A stretch of 64,000 bases of DNA from Sphagnum compactum. Taxonomy: Eukaryota. The DNA is taken from the NCBI GenBank assembly GCA_965153455.1, contig OZ234493.1, forward strand, positions 21,938,213 through 22,002,212, given 5' to 3'. Positions 25,481 to 37,545 of this stretch are shown in pieces (the first letter of the stretch is position 1; each line of letters opens with the position of its first letter). The notes beneath the pieces are model-generated. The model made no database searches. It was not told the DNA's origin and saw nothing but the letters and a program-made list of their open reading frames with translations. Position numbers and translations under genes: made by a program.

Positions 25481-26295
25481 TTTTAATAATTCATAATCTT
25501 CTAATTTGAAAGATTAGAAAAGCACTAATCTTCGAAAGGTTATGGAATGTAATCTACTTGTTTGGTAAATTATGAATTGTCATCCAAGTGACACATGGCA
25601 GGTTAATAAAGCACCACCATTACCCAACCTACTAGTTAAGCTTTTTAAATGAAGAGAGAAGACAAAATGCCTTGCTCAGCACTCATAAATAAATGGCTCT
25701 TGTTACTTCCCAGTTCTTCCTTTGAACTGAAATTCTGTAAAGACACCAATAGGCACCTCACCAAGAAGGTTCCCATATCTCCATATCTCCTAGTTAGCTT
25801 ACAATTTGCGAGGTGCATTCTCTTATTCCCCAATCATACCTACTTACTACTTTGTTCAAGTCTCTATCAAAGAATTCAAACTAATTTTGTTCAAATCTTT
25901 TTTTCTTTGAAATAAAAATGTCTCTTCTTAGTAAAATTCCATATAATTTGTTCAAAATCTATTCTTAACACCAAATCCATTATATATATACGTTTATTAT
26001 GATATTTCATATTTTTAAATTTGTTCCATGTATATTCTTAACAACAAGTTTTAAAAAAAGAGTATAATAATTACACACTACACGTGTGTGCATATCTATT
26101 CTTGACAACAAAATCTCTTTCTTTATGGATAATGGTGATAAGTAAGGATGCTTCACGGGCTCCATCCGTCATACTTCACAAAAGAGACTTACAATAAATA
26201 ATATGAGAATATTATTTATTTATTCTTGCAAATATTACGAGAGTTTTTCCCATCCAGATCAAGTTGTTGAATGTGTGTGTATTTTCATTTTCCTT

Positions 26296-26670
26296 GAGCA
26301 TCTCCAGCGGTGATCAGTATGTGATGCTGCACAGTAAAATTGGATGAAGAAAAGTCAAAATGTGCCGGTTTGGCTCAGGAAATTGGTTTTGGCTCAGCGT
26401 AATTTGGATAGGATGTGATTGGCTAGTAAAAGGCGCTGCAACGCTATCGCACACGCAGAAAGAGAGAAAGAGAGTGTAATAAATATGATCTGACTGTTGC
26501 CCAGTGTTTCTGATTGGCCCATCACCAAAAAGTTTGTTTCAGGTGGTTTGCTATTAGCAGTCTCCCACCTATCGAAGTTTCAGTTTTACCGGAGGAGTTG
26601 CCAAAAAAGTAAATAACTAAACTTGGATGTGAAAAATATTTTTGCAGGGTGACATACTGAGCACTGCAGG
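26296..26670. mobile_element. Tourist-like MITE (GAGCATCTCCA TIR family), copy 1, right end degraded
   Basis: Starts gagcatctccagcggtgatcagtatgtga and ends near cactactgagcac-like gacatactgagcac. The interior matches the reverse complement of the 61595-61962 element (aaaatgtgccggttt.gctcaggaaattggtttt; ctaatagcaaaccac). Confidence 0.8.
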
Positions 26671-26979
26671 GTCTAAGAACTAAACTATAAAACAAAATGG
26701 TGTAATTTACAATAGCGATTTTTTGATGTGTCTTGTGGGCGCCAAGATCTAGTTGTTGGGTGTGTGTGATTCAATAGGTTCTTCAATTTGTGAAGTTTTT
26801 GTTAGTTCGATTCTTGTTAGAGGGGTATGTGTGTGTGTGTTTCATTGATTGTTTTCAAAAATTTCTGACCTCGTTTTGTTTTGGGGGGGGGAGGGAGGGG
26901 GAGCTGGGGTTGGGTCTTTTTGGGCTTTTGGGTTCTTCCTTGGAAGTGTTGTGAGGAGAAATTTGGGGACAAAAGATAG

Positions 26980-27192
26980 TGCGCATTTCTGTTTCGATGA
27001 TCAAGCTTTTTATCACGGCGGAGAATTTGATGCAGTTGTTGTTGTTGTTGTTTTGCGCATTTTTGTTTCGATGATCGAGGTTTCATCACGGCGGAGAATT
27101 TGATGCACTTGTTGTTTAGCACATTCTTTGTTTTGATGATCGAGCTTTCATCATGGCGGAGAATTTGATGCACTTGTTGTTTTGCGCATTTT
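26980..27192 (+). repeat. Three tandem ~65-73-bp copies spanning the start codon of the TolB-like gene
   Basis: Unit gttt(c/t)gatgatc(a/g)ag(c/g)ttt..atca(c/t)ggcggagaatttgatgca(g/c)ttgttgttt..gc.catt occurs three times; only copy 3 has ATG GCG GAG. Confidence 0.9.
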
Positions 27193-30100
27193 GCTTGTGT
27201 TTTTTGCTCGGTGGGAGAGTTGCTTGCGCTTCTTCTTCTTCTTCTTCTTCGTCCTCTCCTTCGATCCATGGAACGATTGCATTTGCAACAGTTGGAAGAG
27301 TGAAATACGCATTCGATATTTACACTGTCCAAGTACCATCAAATCTTCACTCCATTTCTCTCTCTCGTGATATCCCTGCGGTGGCGGAGGAGCTTCTCCA
27401 CGAAACTCTTCTCACTGATGGAGTTTCCGTCAACTCCAATGGTCATCTCATTACTCCCACTTCTTCTTCTTCGTTTGCACCACTTTTGAAGCACCTGGAG
27501 ATTTGTTCCGACGATGAGGAGGACAACAACAACAACAACTTATGTTCGGAGGCAACGCGTTCTGACGTGCTTGCTTTTGTGTCAGAGAGAGATGGAAGTG
27601 CCCAAATCTACTTCAGGTTTCTCCGTACTCACAACTCTCAAGGTGAGGAGGAGTCCCAAACCCTAAATTGGAGTTTCTTTCGGGAGTTTCTCCGTAATCT
27701 TTCTCTCAATTTAAAACAATGCAGATGCCATCAGTTTCGATGCATGATTTAGTCTTCAGCAATTTTCTTTTTGATCGAGTGTTTGCTACATGTTTTTGTG
27801 TTTCTCTATGGTTGTTTGCCGGTGTGAGCAAGCACATCATGCCAAATTGTTTATGGAAAGACCCACTTTCCTTTTTGACATGGTAATGCTTTTTGTATTT
27901 TGTATTCACATGCCCAAAACCTTGCACCTGGTAACAAAGTGAGTAGTGTGTACTTTTGTACCAGCACTGTTGGGAGCTTGATGAAGTCAGTTCAGGAGTC
28001 TGTCATCATGGAAGGCAGCTTGTCACTGCTATTCATGATGAAAGTGATGATGATGGTCTGATACTTTGTGAGCAACACTCATAAGGAAGGCTATGACTGT
28101 ACATTTATTTTCATTTTTCCCTCAAAGTGTTGTTGGGGAGTTTTCTCTGCAGCCTGCCTGGTAGATATGTTGTGACTAAGGCAATTTTTGCAAGAAAACC
28201 ATCTACTTGATGAAGAATTGTCCATCTCAGTGGTTGAGGGGAGGGGCCTCAATAAACCAGCTGGGTCTGTGCACAAGTCTGGAATTCATTTTGGAATGCT
28301 GTTCTAACTTTGTTCCTTATATCACTGAAATATGGACTTGATAAAATTTGCAATGGTTCATTTGTTAAGAACCAATGGAACCAATAGATGGTTTCAACTG
28401 ATGGATGGTTTTGCAGCATGGAGTGGCTCTCTGTGGTGTTGTAGAGTGTGATTGGTTTAGGAAGAGCTATAAAACAGCCTCAATTTCACTGGACTCAAAT
28501 GCATTTTCTGGTAAAAGAGAGCTGTTGTGGTTCTGAAAGGCGAATTAGTTTTTTGACAAGTGATGGCAGAGTGGTTAATCGTTCAGCAGCCTCTGATCTC
28601 TCACCAACATAAGCACCAACACTCGATGACGCCGGCATCCCACCATTAGGACAGGGAAAGCCAATAGTGTGTTGTGGCTCTGGGGTTTAAACATCACAAG
28701 TTGATAGATTGTAATGTGCTTTTGAACCAGTTGTTGTCCATTAAGCCTAATAATCAACAGCCTACTAAGCATGTGTGAATTTTCATGCAGATGGTGCAAT
28801 GGTTGGGAGTCGACGCATTGCTCAAGAAGAGCAGCTTGCTGCACCTGTCAAAATAAGACCATTTTTCAGAGACCCTGGGCCAGCCCTGTATGACAGACCA
28901 TGTTTTGCTGGAGACAGACTGGTGTATGTATCAACAAGGGAACCGCTCAAGAGGCCGAGAGAAAGCTGGACTGCTGTGTTTTCCACAGATTTGAAGACTG
29001 GATTCACCAACCGTATCACCCCTCATGGAGTCACTGACTACAGCCCATCTGTCTCTCCTTCAGGTTTGCTTTGGCACAGAGACAACAGTTTTTGTTTTGA
29101 ATTCATGTCTGTTCTGAACAAAGTTGCTGTTGCTTGGAAGTACACCATTTTGTTCCCTCTGTCCAGTTGTTTGGCCCTATCAGGAATTAGGCTGTACTAA
29201 TGACCAGAATACAATCAAGTCTGAGTTGCTGCATCGGCTATTTACACCCATGTCATGAGGATCCTGGAATTGTAGGACAGATTTTTTGGGGCAGAACTTC
29301 TCAGACTCTTATGGCATCTAAAGATAGTGCTATCATTATTTTGTGCATGTACCAGAACACTTCCTGTTCCTGATTTCCACCTGTAACAGTTGAGAATCAA
29401 CAGAATAGTTTTTGCAGAATCTGAGGTGTTAGGATGAGTTTTGCAGGGAAATGGGTCATTGTGGCTACAAATCATGGAAGAGGCTGGAATGGAAATAGAC
29501 ACGACTTAGGCACAGACCTGTACTTGTCAAGTGCTGTTGATGGCTCAAATAGGCATTTGGTTGTGAAGAATGGTGGTTGGCCCTCCTGGGCAGATGAGAC
29601 CACTGTCTTCTTCCATCGACAGGCAGAGGATGGGTGGTGGAGCATCTACAAAGTTACTATTGCTGACCATCTTACTTTTCAAGGTATGGTTCTATGAGAG
29701 TCATTCTCTGCATGTCTTTGGAACTGGCTTCTTCTTGGTCCAGGTCTGACAGGAATTTCAGGATCTGCAGTGTGCACTCTAATTCTGAGTTGTTGGCTGA
29801 GATCTCATTTACAATGTGTATTGAAGACTAGTTTTGATGGTACTACTTTTTTTCTTCAAACAAGATGGGACGGATGCGGAGCGGGTTACACCACCAGGAT
29901 TGCACGCCTTCACTCCTGCAGCTTCAAGGACAGGCAATTGGATCGCTCTTGCAACACGGCGCCCAGAATCAGAGTATCGCCATGTGGAGATTTTTGACCT
30001 TGGCACAAAGACATTTTTCAAGCTATCAGAAATGATTAACCCAACTGTGCACCATTACAACCCCTTTGTTTCTTCGGATTCAAGTCGAGTTGGGTACCAT

Positions 30101-31260
30101 AGATGTCGAGGAAACAGTGTTGATGCAATGAACTCAACAGCAGCTCTTATACCAAGAGTTGAGTATATAAGATCCACAGAGCCACACTTATCCCTGATCC
30201 GAGTTGATGGTGCTTTCCCATCATTCTCACCTGATGGATCCATGATTACGTACATCCCTGGCGTTCATGATGCAGATGGGGGTGTCTATGTGATGAATCT
30301 GGATGGAACTGGAAACAGAAGAGTCTTTTCAGGGCAGGTCTTTGCAACAGTCTGGAACTCTGCAAGGAAAGATGTAGTCTATGCAGCATATGGACCTTCG
30401 TTTGCTTCAGAAGATTCAACTGTACACATAGCGGCAATTTATAATGCTGATGTTGCAGACTTGGGTCCTGGCGAACAGAGCTCCAATTGGAAGACTTTGA
30501 CAGCAAATGGTACAGGGAATAATGCATTTCCTGCACCTTCACCTGATGGCAACTACTTAGTCTTCCGTTCTGGCCGATCTGGTCACAAAAATCTGTACAT
30601 CATGGATGCTGTTCATGGAGAAGAGAAATACCTCCGAAGGTTGACAGATGGCCCTTGGACAGATACTATGCCAAGCTGGTCACATGACAACCGATGGATT
30701 GCTTTTGCTTCTGACAGAGACTATCCAGGTAACTCTGACTTCATTGCTTCTCCCAGTTTTATGTTGAAAAGTGTCTGAAAACCTTCCAAATAGATGGCAA
30801 AGATGGATGGTGTTGCAGATGTATAAAATGTATCTGATCTTGGAATGCCCAACTTCATGCAGGTGAGGGAAGTTTTGCAATTTACTTCATTCATCCAGAT
30901 GGAACAGGACTACACAAGGTTCTCAGCAGTCAAGGCGGGCGATTCAACCATCCAAATTTCAGTCCTGACTCAAAAAGTCTGGTCTTCACATCAGATCTTG
31001 CAGGCCAATCTGCTGATCCCATCTCAGTGCCTAACCAGTTTCAGCCATATGGTGAGATCTTCATTGCTCGAATAGATGGCTCTAACGCACACAGGCTTAC
31101 TCATAATGGCTACGAGGATGGGACACCGTCATGGGGACGCACTTTTATTCCAACAGCTGATCTCAGCAGTGAGGGCAGTAAAGTCTTTTGTGATTTCAGT
31201 GATGATCTTTGGCTAGCAGCTGCAAACAAGGTTGCCTCCCAAACATGTGGCTCTCCTTGA
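27153..31260 (+). CDS. Secreted TolB-like / DPP6-N-terminal-like beta-propeller protein with PD40 (WD40-like) repeats, ~753 aa
   Basis: Exons 27153-27642, 28791-29063, 29447-29683, 29865-30728, 30863-31260 (2262 nt, in frame). Hydrophobic N-terminal signal peptide followed by GTIAFATVGRxxYAFDIY. PD40 motifs DYSPSVSPSG, AFPSFSPDG, NAFPAPSPDGNYLVFRSGRSGHKNLYIMDA, RLTDGPWTDTMPSWS, HPNFSPDS, EPISVPNQFQPYG-type C-terminus. Start could be 27153 or 27168. Confidence 0.9.
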
Positions 31261-32344
31261 GAGATGTAAATTCATATTTTGAGTTCTAGACTTTCAGGTA
31301 CATGTATAGTCTTTCTGTCACTGCCTGCAAAGTTTTCTTATGTGATAATGAATTGTCAAGGAACCTCATAGTGCCAGGAGAAACTTAGAGACCATGGCAC
31401 TTTGCTACAAATTATGATTCCCTATGGTTGTACTATTATCTGCTATGTTTTATCCATGTATTTTCCAAACTATCTCAACATCATGGCAATGTGGTCATCT
31501 GATCACTCGTCCTGCAGAAGACTAGTTTGGTTGTTCTCCAGATCAAGTTTTGTGTATCTGTAAACCTGACGTACAAAAATGCAGCATAGAACTGTCTTCC
31601 AAGACTCTAGAGATGAATCATGCATTTGCTGCAACTTTTGTGAAAAGTTTCCTACTTCCATACTTCCATTGGATACAGCTCTCGATGTGCAACAAAATTG
31701 GCATGTAGAAAACAATCTCGAGGATGAAGCTGAAGTGTGGAGAACAAGGGGAGATGATTACTGAAAGACTATTGTGGAGCATCATTTGTGATGGCTCTCA
31801 GATAGCACAACTGGAAATCACTTGCAGCAGACACTAAGCAGGAAAACAAGAGAGCTCTCCACAGCAACTTCCTAACAACCCTCACCTCTCCTTATCTTTA
31901 TCTTGAATGTTGCAAAGCTCTCCAGGGTTACAAGAAGCCCTGAAAGCAGCAGCAGCAGACCTGAGTGCAATGATACCATGTGCTCCTCTCTGGATCAGAG
32001 TCTCTTTCATTGCAATCTCTTCATAGATTTCACCTCAAAAAATGCTCTGCAAATTCCAGGTTGATTTTACAGCAAACAACTTCTTCTAGACATGTCCCTG
32101 GCGAGAAATTCTCCTAACTGCAGAAATGCAAATGGAATTCACAAGACGTCAATACATACACAGGCTCTGCAGGATTGAGAACTGAAGCACATTCAGGTAG
32201 AGAGTTTTGTGATGTTTGAGAGTTTGAGAGTCAATACCTAACAGAAAGCTTTTGCTTGGTGTATCTTCTGCTTCTTCTTTCCCCCTGAGAATGCCTGTAT
32301 TTGCTGCAATGATTGCCATCTCCCTTCATGCTGATGATGATAAT

Positions 32345-32369
32345 CCCTAAACCCTAAAACCCTAAACCC
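32345..32369. promoter_or_regulatory. Telo-box/plant-telomere-like motif cluster (ccctaaaccctaaaaccctaaacc)
   Basis: About three CCCTAAA units, ~660 bp upstream of the PDV2-like ATG; function not shown. Confidence 0.4.
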
Positions 32370-33024
32370 ATCATCATCATTCATTAGATCATCTACTTGG
32401 GCTACAAAACTCTTTTTTGTCTTCTTCTTGGGTTTTGGGGGTCTGGATTGCAGATTCCTAGCAACTTTTATACACAGCAATAATTTTCCAGAGAAGACAA
32501 AAAAGATGGAGACCAACAAAGTTAGAGTTTCTCTACTAGGTGTACTCTCTTAATGGAATGTCTTTTGGAACCAAGAGAAATTATTAGACAATTTGCAGCA
32601 ATTGAAGAGATCAAGAAGAAAAAGACAAAGAGATTCTTCGATTCTTCTCGTGGATCATTGGATCCACTGCTGATGATCAGCCAAACCCCCCCCCACCCCA
32701 CGAAAGAAAACAAAAACCCAATCTCCGAAATCCCATCCCAAGACAGCAATTGGTGCAGATTTTGTGAAGAAAGTTACTGGGGGTTCTTTTTTCCCCTCCA
32801 TCTTTGCTCTTCTTCTGTATTGCAGCAAGCTCCGGTGACACGTGTGTCTTGGAGCTTTTCTCTGGTGTCTCTTGTTCAGTAAAAGGAGTAAGTACTGCAG
32901 CTTCTTCTTCTTCTTCTATTGGGTCTTCTACTTCTTCTGGTTCTTCTTCTTTGGAGATTGATTGCAGAAGCTTTAGAGGGTGCTGTGGACAATCCAGTAC
33001 TCCAGCAGCTTTGCAGCAAAAGAA

Positions 33025-34384
33025 ATGGACATAGAGGTGGTTTTGACAAGGGCATCAGAGTTGCACGCCAAGATCAATGACGCCATTGAAAGAGCCATGA
33101 AGTCAGAGTTTCTGCAAAGCACAGCTGGTGTCAAAAGAAGCTCCAATAGCAACATGGGTGGTGTGGTGGAGGCAGAGAGTGGGTTGTCGTCTTCTTCTCC
33201 GGGGTTTGATGGTAACGAGTTTGACAGCGATTCCTATGAGAGAGGAGGAGGAGGAGGAGGAGGAGAGGGAGGAGCTGCTGCTGCTGCTGCCGGGAAGGGT
33301 GATTCCAATGCAGAGGCCAGAAGCTTGGGCTCCATCCGTGATGCACTAGAAGTCCTAGAGGAGCAGCTCAAAGCCTTGCAGGTGACAGACTCTTTTGCCC
33401 CCTTCCCCTTCCTGTCTTTTGTTGCAGTTTTCATACTGTTTCTCAAGAACCCATAAGCAGCATGTCTTGGTGATGGTTCTTGAATGAATCAGCATGTCTT
33501 GGGTGGTGGTTCTTCATCAGGCTGTGCAACAGAAGCAACGAGCTGAGAAAGACATGGCCTTAGCAGAGCTGGAAGAGAGCAGGGGAATTTTGCTAGGGTT
33601 GCTGAAGAAACATCGCGGGCATGAGTGGGAAGTGGTATGTGAAGCTTTGGCATTTGCTGGAGAGCCTGTAGATGAGAGGGAGGATTTGCCTCTTCCCCCA
33701 TATCCCATGTCCACTGTCAATCCTCCTACTTCCTCCTCCATGGCTGGTGGTGGTGGTGGTTCCTCCATGGATGCCGCGGAGCAATCTCCACAATTTCGGT
33801 CTTTTCCTGCGAGTCATCGACAATCCATCAGTGGCAGTGGAGCTGTGAAAAGGTTGACATTGTTCGGTGGACGAAGATTGAATGATGGAGATGACGACAT
33901 CCAGTTTCTGGGAGGAGACAAGGTAGAAGAGAATAATAATCGCCATGAAGAAGGCACCAGTCATCATGGCCATGAAGAAGAAGAAGAAGAAGAAGAAGAA
34001 GTGGATGGCACAAAAAATGGGAGTGGGTTTCTGCAGCTTCCTATCAATCTCTTCAGATTTTCAGGAGCTGTGTTTGGTCATGCCAAGAACATTGCATTGG
34101 TGGTAATGAGTGTATTGGCATTTCTAGCTATTTCAGAGATGGGTGAGATACGGGAGCAGAAAAAACTCCTTGCAGCACAATCAGTAAAGAAGCCAGATAC
34201 CTTGCCGCCGTCACCACCACCACTGCCACCGGCCCCAAAGCCAGCTGTCTCCTTTCTTCAGTGCCCACCAGGAAAGAAGCCGATCATGGAAGATGGCCAT
34301 GCCAAGTGCATAGTCAAGGAGCGTATTGAGCTTCCATTTGTGAGGGAGGTAAAGACTCCTGATGTACTATATGGGCGTGGATAA
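33025..34384 (+). CDS. PDV2: Plastid division protein PDV (PDV2-like), outer-envelope, ~406 aa
   Basis: Exons 33025-33381 and 33521-34384. N-terminal VLTRASELHAKINDAI, EARSLxSIRDALEVLEEQL..LQ|..QQKQRAEK...LAELEESR..LL..LKKHRG..WEVVCEALAFAGE, a single TM (IALVVMSVLAFLAI), and the PDV2-type C-terminus CPPGK...CIVKERIELPF...PDVLYGRG ending in the conserved Gly. Confidence 0.92.
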
Positions 34385-34807
34385 AATACCATCAATCTCC
34401 CAAGGTCAGCTTTGCTTTCCAGCACCAAACAATTTTGTCTCAGAGAAAGCTCAAATTGCAGATAGCTTGCAAGAAGCCAATAAATTAAAGACCTGCTGGA
34501 GTGGGAGTTCTTCACTGTACAAGCTGATGGTAGATAAGAGACTGTTGCACAAGAGATGGGCACTGGTACACGAGGCTTTTTTAGTGTAGATAGATTAGTA
34601 TATGTATCATTAGCATAACTGGGATTCGCATCAGCTTGTTATCGCATTTATTGCCACCAGCTATGATCTTGTCTCAGAATCTAGAAAGGAATGTTGTTGT
34701 CAAGAGGGTATGCATTTTGATTCTCACCAAAAAAATTCTGGTAGTTTTCAGTGCAGGACATCTAGGTCTGGTTTATTGCCTGTTTGCAACTGTATATTAT
34801 GCCGCTT

Positions 34808-37190
34808 TCATCGCTTCTCTTTGGCATGAAGAAATGTAACTTGGGATGATTGATTACAGTACACGGGGTTTCTAATCTCTGCTTGATCCATTTTGGCACT
34901 AGAGAGACAGAGATCACCCACCTTTGAGAAATCTGTCCTCGTCAATAGCTTCTCAATTGATTTACCAGAATCTAGGAAATTGAATACATACCTCATCACC
35001 TTCATGGGCAATCTTCTTGCTGAGAACCTATGTGCAGTTTCAATTCTTTGAGAGTTCAATTCAGCACTCAAAAGAACAGAATGCTCAATTGTGTTGTCAC
35101 ATATGGAAAAATCCTCCTTTCTTTCTGTTGCCAAAAGAAACCATTGCAAACTTGCTTGCTTGTCACTTCCAGGAATGCTTGTGCACTCTCTTTCTGCTTG
35201 AATGTCTCCCATGTACACTTCTGAAAATCTGAAAGGAATACAAGAGACAGGACATGTACCACCCAAGTAGAAACTGATAGTACTTATAAAACTTTGAGCT
35301 GCACGACCTCGAGTGGCCTAGACAAGGTTGAATGGATCATATGGAGTTCTAGGAATGAAGACAATGGAATAGCTGGCTGTAATGTCATTACCAAGGGCTT
35401 TACCTGATGCCCAACAATTTGTTCCTGTTGTATATCTAGAATCAATGCGAAAACCCACACTTTGACACATGATTACAGTCACTACATATTGGACTTGAGT
35501 GTCCTCTTTGTGCCAACAAACATGCAGCATTGAGTCAAATGCATAGCAGGCATACCATCAACTTCATAATGCAGGAGGTAAACAAGCCATACGAAGGAAG
35601 CAAAGATGAGACAGAGAAGCATGTACGACACAGACAGCACATACATTAATTGTTATCCACAAAGCTCCACACATTCATGCTGGATTGCTCACAAACATTT
35701 CTGTCTCCTCTACCACAAATCAGCTTAATCCAAGTTCCCACATCCCAACTTTCTGAGAGACATTACATCAAACCTGACAGCACAATTGCCAAAGATGTCT
35801 GTACTGCCATTGTTGAGATAACTAGATGGGTCAACTCACGAGTGATCGTATTTGAGTATATATAGAATTCAGGTTTCTGCCTTGCGCACAGAAGTCTTGT
35901 GATTTTGAGTATACAGAGATTCAGATACAACATTGTCTATGAGTAGTAGCCAGATGCTTGTCAAGCAACAACAAAAAACCCAGTAACCACTCCTCAGCCG
36001 CAAGCAGCAAACAATCAACTCTCATGGAGTATCAAGAGATCTCTAATTGTGTGCGACAGTGACCACTCCTCACCTGCAACCATCAAACAATGAACTCTCA
36101 TGGAATATTAAGAAATCTCCAATTTTGTGTGTTGTTTGCAACCTTGACAGTCTCTTGATTGCACACCTTGAAAACCATAAAGCAGTGAGAGAGAAGATGG
36201 AGAAGTAAAGTGATAAGCAACCAAGGAAGAAGATAAGAAGGAAATGATAAGCTAGCAACAGGGGAGGAAAGGAAATGTGCATTACCATGGTGCACCTCTG
36301 AATGCAATAGAGAGGCACTGCAGAGCTCTGACCTGCATGCATTCACAAAGAGGAGGAAGCAGCTTCACAGGCAAAAGCTTGAGCACTAGTATCACATATG
36401 AATGTGGCTGCTGCTAAGATGTTACACCAGGTGTCTACCACTCATGCAATTGAGAATCCAATTGAGAAATACAAGCAAAATTCTGCCAAGTCAGAGATGC
36501 ACTCTGATGTGGAGTTCATGGTCATAAGTTGGTTTATTTTGAAGGTATTTTTTAATACTTTAGGTTATTATTGAATTTTCAAAAAACAAAGACAGTACCT
36601 CCACAAGGCAGGCAGGCAGGCAGGCAGGCGTAGCAAGTTAGTCCCACAAGTCCATGCAAGTCTCACAGGTCCATGCCATGCATCATCAACTGCTGCTGCA
36701 GTGGGCTGGTTTCAGTAGGAAGCAAACAAGCTCACACACTTGTTGGTGTTTCCACAGAAACAAACAGAACTCTCTGTCTCTCTGTGTTCAATTGCTCAAG
36801 CAAAAAGCAAAGCTCCATTGAGAGAGAGAAAGAGAATCCATGCTTTTGCTCTTAGCTTCCAGAATGATTTCCATGTCTCTCTCTCTCTCTCCTGTCTGCA
36901 GCAAGCACAACAGCATTGCATGCATGCATGATTCAACAACAATGCAGAAACTGCAACAATCTATCTAAACCCACCACGAGAATCAAGACCTCTCCTAAAC
37001 CCTTAACACAGCAATCGGATGCAATGCGCGTCGGTCCGTCCGTCTTCTGGGAAACCCAAGATGAGAAACACCCATCCACACCTGATATGAGATTCGAACA
37101 ACAATGTCTGTCCTTGCGTAATCAGATGCACCACTTGAGAATGCAGCTCAACTGCTACTACTGCCAAGGAAGAAAAATTAGGGTTTGAGA
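34808..37190 (-). other. Candidate spliced lncRNA or orphan gene, divergent from the desaturase (possible 134-aa ORF 35212-34808)
   Basis: Telo-box (37186-37178) and a run of minus-strand GT donors (37081, 36598, 36285, 36073) and pyrimidine-rich AG acceptors (exon starts 36332, 36166, 35228). No recognisable protein family. No transcript data. Confidence 0.35.
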
Positions 37191-37545
37191 ATCGGCAGGA
37201 TTCGCGCGCTTCCTTTCTTCCTTCGGGGATCGTGCTTGTTGCAGCAGCTTGTCGACTAGTCTCAGCTGGTTGTCGGACACTCGGTTCTCGACAATGGGTG
37301 GGCGACAGATCTCGGAGCCCAAGCACACCGTTCCCACCAGCTCTCCTTCCCATTTTCTCTAGAAAAATGCCCAACACTTGCGGCACATTCTTGGGCACTC
37401 GTTGGGAAGAAGAAGCTGGCGAAGATCTTCTTCTGTTGATCTTCTAACTGTCGCGCATCAAAGCAATCAAGAGATCGAGGGAGAGAGAGATAATACTTAC
37501 AACAAGATCAGCAGCAGCAACAAGCAGCAATAGCAACAGCAAGCA

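Noticed and set aside
27975..28065. Possible intronic C/D box snoRNA (TGATGA...CTGA)
   Set aside because: No terminal stem or recognisable rRNA antisense element; the motifs are common by chance.
36286..36325. Short hairpin with partial resemblance to miR408/miR530-type sequence
   Set aside because: No full mature miRNA match and the stem is too short for a pre-miRNA.
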